NCBI RefSeq assembly: GCF_009914755.1 | Contig: NC_012920.1 | Reading direction: 5' to 3' (one strand) | DNA: 16,569 nt | From: the human T2T-CHM13v2.0 reference genome, Homo sapiens | Part shown: in pieces, positions 1 to 16,569 of the stretch | Numbering within the stretch: position 1 is the stretch's first letter | How the letters are laid out: each line of letters starts with the position of its first letter | Notes under the pieces: model-generated | What the model was told of the DNA's origin: nothing | The model's database searches: none | The model's input: the letters and a program-made list of their open reading frames with translations, nothing else | Made by a program: the position numbers and the translations under genes

Positions 1-212
1 GATCACAGGTCTATCACCCTATTAACCACTCACGGGAGCTCTCCATGCATTTGGTATTTTCGTCTGGGGGGTATGCACGCGATAGCATTGCGAGACGCTG
101 GAGCCGGAGCACCCTATGTCGCAGTATCTGTCTTTGATTCCTGCCTCATCCTATTATTTATCGCACCTACGTTCAATATTACAGGCGAACATACTTACTA
201 AAGTGTGTTAAT

Positions 213-235
213 TAATTAATGCTTGTAGGACATAA
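213..235. promoter_or_regulatory. Conserved sequence block 1 (CSB1)
   Basis: TAATTAATGCTTGTAGGACATAA with the GACATA core; ATG-N9-CAT at 219-233. Confidence 0.93.
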
Positions 236-298
236 TAATAACAATTGAATGTCTGCACAGCCACTTTCCACACAGACATCATAACAAAAAATTTCCAC

Positions 299-315
299 CA
301 AACCCCCCCTCCCCC
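299..315 (-). promoter_or_regulatory. CSB2; G5AG7 on - strand, G-quadruplex-dependent termination of LSP transcript / primer formation; D310 length-variable tract
   Basis: CAAA-C7-T-C5 seen at 299-315; function is established knowledge. Confidence 0.95.
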
Positions 316-345
316 GCTTCTGGCCACAGCACTTAAACACATCTC

Positions 346-363
346 TGCCAAACCCCAAAAACA
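346..363. promoter_or_regulatory. CSB3
   Basis: TGCCAAACCCCAAAAACA, the mammalian CSB3 motif. Confidence 0.93.
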
Positions 364-391
364 AAGAACCCTAACACCAGCCTAACCAGAT

Positions 392-445
392 TTCAAATTT
401 TATCTTTTGGCGGTATGCACTTTTAACAGTCACCCCCCAACTAAC
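392..445 (-). promoter_or_regulatory. Light-strand promoter (LSP), start near 407, TFAM site about 418-445
   Basis: Reverse complement of 401-417 is CATACCGCCAAAAGATA (promoter core); limits from established mapping. Confidence 0.92.
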
Positions 446-513
446 ACATTATTTTCCCCTCCCACTCCCATACTACTAATCTCATCAATACAACCCCCGC
501 CCATCCTACCCAG

Positions 514-523
514 CACACACACA
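514..523. repeat. (CA)5 microsatellite
   Basis: CACACACACA seen directly; known length polymorphism. Confidence 0.97.
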
Positions 524-544
524 CCGCTGCTAACCCCATACCCC

Positions 545-567
545 GAACCAACCAAACCCCAAAGACA
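545..567 (+). promoter_or_regulatory. Heavy-strand promoter HSP1, start near 561
   Basis: CAAACCCCAAAGACA at 553-567, related to the LSP core, just upstream of tRNA-Phe. Confidence 0.92.
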
Positions 568-576
568 CCCCCCACA

Positions 577-647
577 GTTTATGTAGCTTACCTCCTCAAA
601 GCAATACACTGAAAATGTTTAGACGGGCTCACATCACCCCATAAACA
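577..647 (+). tRNA. MT-TF: tRNA-Phe
   Basis: Anticodon GAA at 611-613; position before 12S. Confidence 0.98.
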
Positions 648-1601
648 AATAGGTTTGGTCCTAGCCTTTCTATTAGCTCTTAGTAAGATTACACATGCAA
701 GCATCCCCGTTCCAGTGAGTTCACCCTCTAAATCACCACGATCAAAAGGAACAAGCATCAAGCACGCAGCAATGCAGCTCAAAACGCTTAGCCTAGCCAC
801 ACCCCCACGGGAAACAGCAGTGATTAACCTTTAGCAATAAACGAAAGTTTAACTAAGCTATACTAACCCCAGGGTTGGTCAATTTCGTGCCAGCCACCGC
901 GGTCACACGATTAACCCAAGTCAATAGAAGCCGGCGTAAAGAGTGTTTTAGATCACCCCCTCCCCAATAAAGCTAAAACTCACCTGAGTTGTAAAAAACT
1001 CCAGTTGACACAAAATAGACTACGAAAGTGGCTTTAACATATCTGAACACACAATAGCTAAGACCCAAACTGGGATTAGATACCCCACTATGCTTAGCCC
1101 TAAACCTCAACAGTTAAATCAACAAAACTGCTCGCCAGAACACTACGAGCCACAGCTTAAAACTCAAAGGACCTGGCGGTGCTTCATATCCCTCTAGAGG
1201 AGCCTGTTCTGTAATCGATAAACCCCGATCAACCTCACCACCTCTTGCTCAGCCTATATACCGCCATCTTCAGCAAACCCTGATGAAGGCTACAAAGTAA
1301 GCGCAAGTACCCACGTAAAGACGTTAGGTCAAGGTGTAGCCCATGAGGTGGCAAGAAATGGGCTACATTTTCTACCCCAGAAAACTACGATAGCCCTTAT
1401 GAAACTTAAGGGTCGAAGGTGGATTTAGCAGTAAACTAAGAGTAGAGTGCTTAGTTGAACAGGGCCCTGAAGCGCGTACACACCGCCCGTCACCCTCCTC
1501 AAGTATACTTCAAAGGACATTTAACTAAAACCCCTACGCATTTATATAGAGGAGACAAGTCGTAACATGGTAAGTGTACTGGAAAGTGCACTTGGACGAA
1601 C
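648..1601 (+). rRNA. MT-RNR1: 12S small-subunit rRNA
   Basis: SSU motifs GTGCCAGCCACCGCGGTCA (887-905), GGATTAGATACCC (1073-1085), GTACACACCGCCCGTC (1476-1491), AAGTCGTAACATGGTA (1557-1572). Confidence 0.99.
1343..1393 (+). CDS. MOTS-c micropeptide sORF inside 12S (16 aa, standard code)
   Basis: ATG..TAG translates to MRWQEMGYIFYPRKLR, the published peptide; translation cannot be shown from sequence. Confidence 0.7.
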   Translation: MRWQEMGYIFYPRKLR

Positions 1602-1670
1602 CAGAGTGTAGCTTAACACAAAGCACCCAACTTACACTTAGGAGATTTCAACTTAACTTGACCGCTCTGA
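1602..1670 (+). tRNA. MT-TV: tRNA-Val
   Basis: Anticodon TAC at 1633-1635; between the rRNAs. Confidence 0.98.
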
Positions 1671-2632
1671 GCTAAACCTAGCCCCAAACCCACTCCACCT
1701 TACTACCAGACAACCTTAGCCAAACCATTTACCCAAATAAAGTATAGGCGATAGAAATTGAAACCTGGCGCAATAGATATAGTACCGCAAGGGAAAGATG
1801 AAAAATTATAACCAAGCATAATATAGCAAGGACTAACCCCTATACCTTCTGCATAATGAATTAACTAGAAATAACTTTGCAAGGAGAGCCAAAGCTAAGA
1901 CCCCCGAAACCAGACGAGCTACCTAAGAACAGCTAAAAGAGCACACCCGTCTATGTAGCAAAATAGTGGGAAGATTTATAGGTAGAGGCGACAAACCTAC
2001 CGAGCCTGGTGATAGCTGGTTGTCCAAGATAGAATCTTAGTTCAACTTTAAATTTGCCCACAGAACCCTCTAAATCCCCTTGTAAATTTAACTGTTAGTC
2101 CAAAGAGGAACAGCTCTTTGGACACTAGGAAAAAACCTTGTAGAGAGAGTAAAAAATTTAACACCCATAGTAGGCCTAAAAGCAGCCACCAATTAAGAAA
2201 GCGTTCAAGCTCAACACCCACTACCTAAAAAATCCCAAACATATAACTGAACTCCTCACACCCAATTGGACCAATCTATCACCCTATAGAAGAACTAATG
2301 TTAGTATAAGTAACATGAAAACATTCTCCTCCGCATAAGCCTGCGTCAGATTAAAACACTGAACTGACAATTAACAGCCCAATATCTACAATCAACCAAC
2401 AAGTCATTATTACCCTCACTGTCAACCCAACACAGGCATGCTCATAAGGAAAGGTTAAAAAAAGTAAAAGGAACTCGGCAAATCTTACCCCGCCTGTTTA
2501 CCAAAAACATCACCTCTAGCATCACCAGTATTAGAGGCACCGCCTGCCCAGTGACACATGTTTAACGGCCGCGGTACCCTAACCGTGCAAAGGTAGCATA
2601 ATCACTTGTTCCTTAAATAGGGACCTGTATGA

Positions 2633-2707
2633 ATGGCTCCACGAGGGTTCAGCTGTCTCTTACTTTTAACCAGTGAAATTGACCTGCCCGTGAAGAGGCG
2701 GGCATAA
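2633..2707 (+). CDS. Humanin sORF inside 16S (24 aa in standard code; 21 aa if AGG terminates)
   Basis: Translates to MAPRGFSCLLLLTSEIDLPVKRRA, TAA at 2705-2707. Confidence 0.75.
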   Translation: MAPRGFSCLLLLTSEIDLPVKRRA

Positions 2708-3106
2708 CACAGCAAGACGAGAAGACCCTATGGAGCTTTAATTTATTAATGCAAACAGTACCTAACAAACCCACAGGTCCTAAACTACCAAACCTGCATT
2801 AAAAATTTCGGTTGGGGCGACCTCGGAGCAGAACCCAACCTCCGAGCAGTACATGCTAAGACTTCACCAGTCAAAGCGAACTACTATACTCAATTGATCC
2901 AATAACTTGACCAACGGAACAAGTTACCCTAGGGATAACAGCGCAATCCTATTCTAGAGTCCATATCAACAATAGGGTTTACGACCTCGATGTTGGATCA
3001 GGACATCCCGATGGTGCAGCCGCTATTAAAGGTTCGTTTGTTCAACGATTAAAGTCCTACGTGATCTGAGTTCAGACCGGAGTAATCCAGGTCGGTTTCT
3101 ATCTAC

Positions 3107-3107
3107 N
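3107..3107. other. Placeholder N preserving historical CRS numbering
   Basis: Single n at 3107; known rCRS convention. Confidence 0.99.
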
Positions 3108-3229
3108 TTCAAATTCCTCCCTGTACGAAAGGACAAGAGAAATAAGGCCTACTTCACAAAGCGCCTTCCCCCGTAAATGATATCATCTCAACTTAGTATT
3201 ATACCCACACCCACCCAAGAACAGGGTTT

Positions 3230-4262
<1,033 letters not shown>

Positions 4263-4331
4263 AGAAATATGTCTGATAAAAGAGTTACTTTGATAGAGTA
4301 AATAATAGGAGCTTAAACCCCCTTATTTCTA
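4263..4331 (+). tRNA. MT-TI: tRNA-Ile
   Basis: Anticodon GAT at 4292-4294; acceptor stem AGAAATA/TATTTCT. Confidence 0.98.
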
Positions 4332-4400
4332 GGACTATGAGAATCGAACCCATCCCTGAGAATCCAAAATTCTCCGTGCCACCTATCACACCCCATCCTA
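4329..4400 (-). tRNA. MT-TQ: tRNA-Gln
   Basis: Anticodon TTG (complement of 4365-4367); GGTTCGA T-loop on - strand. Confidence 0.98.
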
Positions 4401-4401
4401 A

Positions 4402-5511
<1,110 letters not shown>

Positions 5512-5579
5512 AGAAATTTAGGTTAAATACAGACCAAGAGCCTTCAAAGCCCTCAGTAAGTTGCAATACTTAATTTCTG
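5512..5579 (+). tRNA. MT-TW: tRNA-Trp
   Basis: Anticodon TCA at 5544-5546, direct support for TGA=Trp. Confidence 0.98.
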
Positions 5580-5586
5580 TAACAGC

Positions 5587-5655
5587 TAAGGACTGCAAAA
5601 CCCCACTCTGCATCAACTGAACGCAAATCAGCCACTTTAATTAAGCTAAGCCCTT
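5587..5655 (-). tRNA. MT-TA: tRNA-Ala
   Basis: Anticodon TGC (complement of 5623-5625); WANCY cluster. Confidence 0.97.
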
Positions 5656-5656
5656 A

Positions 5657-5729
5657 CTAGACCAATGGGACTTAAACCCACAAACACTTAGTTAACAGCT
5701 AAGCACCCTAATCAACTGGCTTCAATCTA
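5657..5729 (-). tRNA. MT-TN: tRNA-Asn
   Basis: Anticodon GTT (complement of 5694-5696). Confidence 0.97.
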
Positions 5730-5770
5730 CTTCTCCCGCCGCCGGGAAAAAAGGCGGGAGAAGCCCCGGC
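5730..5770. other. Origin of light-strand replication (OriL) stem-loop
   Basis: Perfect 11-bp stem CTTCTCCCGCC (5730-5740) / GGCGGGAGAAG (5753-5763), 12-nt loop with T6 on - strand, GCCGG motif on - strand at 5766-5770. Confidence 0.97.
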
Positions 5771-5826
5771 AGGTTTGAAGCTGCTTCTTCGAATTTGCAA
5801 TTCAATATGAAAATCACCTCGGAGCT
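5761..5826 (-). tRNA. MT-TC: tRNA-Cys
   Basis: Anticodon GCA (complement of 5796-5798). Confidence 0.97.
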
Positions 5827-5891
5827 GGTAAAAAGAGGCCTAACCCCTGTCTTTAGATTTACAGTCCAATGCTTCACTCAGCCATTTTACC
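5826..5891 (-). tRNA. MT-TY: tRNA-Tyr
   Basis: Anticodon GTA (complement of 5860-5862). Confidence 0.97.
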
Positions 5892-5903
5892 TCACCCCCA
5901 CTG

Positions 5904-7445
<1,542 letters not shown>

Positions 7446-7514
7446 CAAAAAAGGAAGGAATCGAACCCCCCAAAGCTGGTTTCAAGCCAACCCCATGGCC
7501 TCCATGACTTTTTC
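7446..7514 (-). tRNA. MT-TS1: tRNA-Ser(UCN)
   Basis: Anticodon TGA (complement of 7482-7484); GGTTCGA T-loop on - strand. Confidence 0.97.
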
Positions 7515-7517
7515 AAA

Positions 7518-7585
7518 AAGGTATTAGAAAAACCATTTCATAACTTTGTCAAAGTTAAATTATAGGCTAAATCCTATATATCTTA
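7518..7585 (+). tRNA. MT-TD: tRNA-Asp
   Basis: Anticodon GTC at 7548-7550. Confidence 0.97.
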
Positions 7586-8269
7586 ATGGCACATGCAGCG
7601 CAAGTAGGTCTACAAGACGCTACTTCCCCTATCATAGAAGAGCTTATCACCTTTCATGATCACGCCCTCATAATCATTTTCCTTATCTGCTTCCTAGTCC
7701 TGTATGCCCTTTTCCTAACACTCACAACAAAACTAACTAATACTAACATCTCAGACGCTCAGGAAATAGAAACCGTCTGAACTATCCTGCCCGCCATCAT
7801 CCTAGTCCTCATCGCCCTCCCATCCCTACGCATCCTTTACATAACAGACGAGGTCAACGATCCCTCCCTTACCATCAAATCAATTGGCCACCAATGGTAC
7901 TGAACCTACGAGTACACCGACTACGGCGGACTAATCTTCAACTCCTACATACTTCCCCCATTATTCCTAGAACCAGGCGACCTGCGACTCCTTGACGTTG
8001 ACAATCGAGTAGTACTCCCGATTGAAGCCCCCATTCGTATAATAATTACATCACAAGACGTCTTGCACTCATGAGCTGTCCCCACATTAGGCTTAAAAAC
8101 AGATGCAATTCCCGGACGTCTAAACCAAACCACTTTCACCGCTACACGACCGGGGGTATACTACGGTCAATGCTCTGAAATCTGTGGAGCAAACCACAGT
8201 TTCATGCCCATCGTCCTAGAATTAATTCCCCTAAAAATCTTTGAAATAGGGCCCGTATTTACCCTATAG
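7586..8269 (+). CDS. MT-CO2: Cytochrome c oxidase subunit II
   Basis: [12 protein letters not shown] start; CuA motif [12 protein letters not shown] from 8171; TAG stop. Confidence 0.99.
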
Positions 8270-8271
8270 CA

Positions 8272-8289
8272 CCCCCTCTACCCCCTCTA
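8272..8289. repeat. Tandem 9-bp repeat in COII/tRNA-Lys spacer
   Basis: CCCCCTCTA x2 (8272-8280, 8281-8289). Confidence 0.98.
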
Positions 8290-8294
8290 GAGCC

Positions 8295-8364
8295 CACTGT
8301 AAAGCTAACTTAGCATTAACCTTTTAAGTTAAAGATTAAGAGAACCAACACCTCTTTACAGTGA
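8295..8364 (+). tRNA. MT-TK: tRNA-Lys
   Basis: Anticodon TTT at 8323-8325; acceptor stem CACTGTA/TACAGTG. Confidence 0.98.
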
Positions 8365-8365
8365 A

Positions 8366-8572
8366 ATGCCCCAACTAAATACTACCGTATGGCCCACCAT
8401 AATTACCCCCATACTCCTTACACTATTCCTCATCACCCAACTAAAAATATTAAACACAAACTACCACCTACCTCCCTCACCAAAGCCCATAAAAATAAAA
8501 AATTATAACAAACCCTGAGAACCAAAATGAACGAAAATCTGTTCGCTTCATTCATTGCCCCCACAATCCTAG
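8366..8572 (+). CDS. MT-ATP8: ATP synthase F0 subunit 8
   Basis: MPQL N-terminus; TAG at 8570-8572; 68 aa. Confidence 0.98.
8470..8482 (+). repeat. 13-bp direct repeat, left end of the 4977-bp common deletion
   Basis: ACCTCCCTCACCA identical to 13447-13459. Confidence 0.97.
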
Positions 8573-9207
8573 GCCTACCCGCCGCAGTACTGATCATTCT
8601 ATTTCCCCCTCTATTGATCCCCACCTCCAAATATCTCATCAACAACCGACTAATCACCACCCAACAATGACTAATCAAACTAACCTCAAAACAAATGATA
8701 ACCATACACAACACTAAAGGACGAACCTGATCTCTTATACTAGTATCCTTAATCATTTTTATTGCCACAACTAACCTCCTCGGACTCCTGCCTCACTCAT
8801 TTACACCAACCACCCAACTATCTATAAACCTAGCCATGGCCATCCCCTTATGAGCGGGCACAGTGATTATAGGCTTTCGCTCTAAGATTAAAAATGCCCT
8901 AGCCCACTTCTTACCACAAGGCACACCTACACCCCTTATCCCCATACTAGTTATTATCGAAACCATCAGCCTACTCATTCAACCAATAGCCCTGGCCGTA
9001 CGCCTAACCGCTAACATTACTGCAGGCCACCTACTCATGCACCTAATTGGAAGCGCCACCCTAGCAATATCAACCATTAACCTTCCCTCTACACTTATCA
9101 TCTTCACAATTCTAATTCTACTGACTATCCTAGAAATCGCTGTCGCCTTAATCCAAGCCTACGTTTTCACACTTCTAGTAAGCCTCTACCTGCACGACAA
9201 CACATAA
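8527..9207 (+). CDS. MT-ATP6: ATP synthase F0 subunit 6 (a)
   Basis: MNENLFASF start; [15 protein letters not shown] with Arg159 at 9001; TAA at 9205-9207. Confidence 0.99.
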
Positions 9208-9990
9208 TGACCCACCAATCACATGCCTATCATATAGTAAAACCCAGCCCATGACCCCTAACAGGGGCCCTCTCAGCCCTCCTAATGACCTCCGGCCTAG
9301 CCATGTGATTTCACTTCCACTCCATAACGCTCCTCATACTAGGCCTACTAACCAACACACTAACCATATACCAATGATGGCGCGATGTAACACGAGAAAG
9401 CACATACCAAGGCCACCACACACCACCTGTCCAAAAAGGCCTTCGATACGGGATAATCCTATTTATTACCTCAGAAGTTTTTTTCTTCGCAGGATTTTTC
9501 TGAGCCTTTTACCACTCCAGCCTAGCCCCTACCCCCCAATTAGGAGGGCACTGGCCCCCAACAGGCATCACCCCGCTAAATCCCCTAGAAGTCCCACTCC
9601 TAAACACATCCGTATTACTCGCATCAGGAGTATCAATCACCTGAGCTCACCATAGTCTAATAGAAAACAACCGAAACCAAATAATTCAAGCACTGCTTAT
9701 TACAATTTTACTGGGTCTCTATTTTACCCTCCTACAAGCCTCAGAGTACTTCGAGTCTCCCTTCACCATTTCCGACGGCATCTACGGCTCAACATTTTTT
9801 GTAGCCACAGGCTTCCACGGACTTCACGTCATTATTGGCTCAACTTTCCTCACTATCTGCTTCATCCGCCAACTAATATTTCACTTTACATCCAAACATC
9901 ACTTTGGCTTCGAAGCCGCCGCCTGATACTGGCATTTTGTAGATGTGGTTTGACTATTTCTGTATGTCTCCATCTATTGATGAGGGTCTT
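9207..9990 (+). CDS. MT-CO3: Cytochrome c oxidase subunit III
   Basis: MTHQSHAYH start; TGFHGLHV and [10 protein letters not shown] motifs; incomplete stop T. Confidence 0.99.
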
Positions 9991-10058
9991 ACTCTTTTAG
10001 TATAAATAGTACCGTTAACTTCCAATTAACTAGTTTTGACAACATTCAAAAAAGAGTA
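9991..10058 (+). tRNA. MT-TG: tRNA-Gly
   Basis: Anticodon TCC at 10021-10023; acceptor ACTCTTT/AAAGAGT. Confidence 0.98.
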
Positions 10059-15887
<5,829 letters not shown>

Positions 15888-15953
15888 GTCCTTGTAGTAT
15901 AAACTAATACACCAGTCTTGTAAACCGGAGATGAAAACCTTTTTCCAAGGACA
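15888..15953 (+). tRNA. MT-TT: tRNA-Thr
   Basis: Anticodon TGT at 15919-15921; acceptor GTCCTTG/CAAGGAC. Confidence 0.97.
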
Positions 15954-15955
15954 AA

Positions 15956-16023
15956 TCAGAGAAAAAGTCTTTAACTCCACCATTAGCACCCAAAGCTAAG
16001 ATTCTAATTTAAACTATTCTCTG
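15956..16023 (-). tRNA. MT-TP: tRNA-Pro
   Basis: Anticodon TGG (complement of 15990-15992). Confidence 0.97.
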
Positions 16024-16156
16024 TTCTTTCATGGGGAAGCAGATTTGGGTACCACCCAAGTATTGACTCACCCATCAACAACCGCTATGTATTTCGTACA
16101 TTACTGCCAGCCACCATGAATATTGTACGGTACCATAAATACTTGACCACCTGTAG

Positions 16157-16172
16157 TACATAAAAACCCAAT
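16157..16172. promoter_or_regulatory. Termination-associated sequence (TAS) for 7S DNA
   Basis: TACATAAAAACCCAAT; position from established mapping. Confidence 0.88.
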
Positions 16173-16183
16173 CCACATCAAAA

Positions 16184-16193
16184 CCCCCTCCCC
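16184..16193. repeat. HVS1 interrupted poly-C tract (C5-T-C4, 16189T)
   Basis: CCCCCTCCCC seen directly. Confidence 0.96.
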
Positions 16194-16569
16194 ATGCTTA
16201 CAAGCAAGTACAGCAATCAACCCTCAACTATCACACATCAACTGCAACTCCAAAGCCACCCCTCACCCACTAGGATACCAACAAACCTACCCACCCTTAA
16301 CAGTACATAGTACATAAAGCCATTTACCGTACATAGCACATTACAGTCAAATCCCTTCTCGTCCCCATGGATGACCCCCCTCAGATAGGGGTCCCTTGAC
16401 CACCATCCTCCGTGAAATCAATATCCCGCACAAGAGTGCTACTCTCCTCGCTCCGGGCCCATAACACTTGGGGGTAGCTAAAGTGAACTGTATCCGACAT
16501 CTGGTTCCTACTTCAGGGTCATAAAGCCTAAATAGCCCACACGTTCCCCTTAAATAAGACATCACGATG

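Larger units (their letters stand above)
1..576. promoter_or_regulatory. Control region (D-loop), part after the linearisation point; contains OriH region, CSB1-3, LSP, HSP1
   Basis: Non-coding, begins GATCACAGGTCTATCACCC as in human mtDNA; CSB and promoter motifs present; continuous with 16024-16569 on the circle. Confidence 0.99.
1671..3229 (+). rRNA. MT-RNR2: 16S large-subunit rRNA
   Basis: Peptidyl-transferase motifs GGGATAACAGCGCAATC (2932-2948), GACCTCGATGTTGGATC (2983-2999); sarcin-ricin loop GTACGAAAGGAC (3123-3134). Confidence 0.99.
16024..16569. promoter_or_regulatory. Control region (D-loop), part before the linearisation point; HVS1, ETAS domain, central domain
   Basis: Non-coding after tRNA-Pro; TAS and GTACAT motifs; joins position 1. 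Confidence 0.99.

Noticed and set aside
640-650. HSP2 promoter
   Set aside because: Reported and debated in the literature; no promoter-core motif visible to support it from sequence
588-800. 70-aa - strand ORF
   Set aside because: Antisense to tRNA-Phe and 12S; no recognisable motif; chance-level length
3107-3107. N as sequencing ambiguity or modified base
   Set aside because: Deliberate numbering placeholder; the real molecule is 16,568 bp
16373-16393. GACCCC/GGGGTC hairpin
   Set aside because: Only a 6-bp stem; expected by chance and no supporting context
16347-16565. 72-aa - strand ORF in the control region
   Set aside because: No motif, Arg codons of the AGR type, chance-level length; across the circular junction it meets TGA within three codons

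Overview
This window is the complete human mitochondrial genome, and at every position I checked it matches the revised Cambridge Reference Sequence (rCRS) as I know it: 16,569 bp, the placeholder 'n' at 3107, and the rCRS alleles 73A, 263A, 750A, 1438A, 2706A, 4769A, 7028C, 8860A, 11719G, 14766C and 15326A. The + strand is the G-poor light strand. It holds 13 OXPHOS genes, 12S and 16S rRNA, 22 tRNAs, the control region (split across the linearisation point) and the OriL hairpin. The supplied ORF track stops at TGA, so it used the wrong genetic code (vertebrate mitochondrial: TGA=Trp, ATA=Met, AGA/AGG not Arg). It therefore fragments the real genes and mostly lists out-of-frame ORFs. I find no convincing previously undescribed system; this is among the most studied DNA molecules. 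Three observations deserve a second look. (1) ND3-tRNA-Arg-ND4L is one uninterrupted frame, with COX3-tRNA-Gly in the same frame. (2) Every out-of-frame ORF inside the + strand genes sits in the same codon register, a compositional null model for the published alternative proteins. (3) CSB3 is a 15/16 copy of the HSP1 promoter core. Gene boundaries come from my knowledge of the standard annotation and were checked against start/stop codons and anticodons in the sequence.
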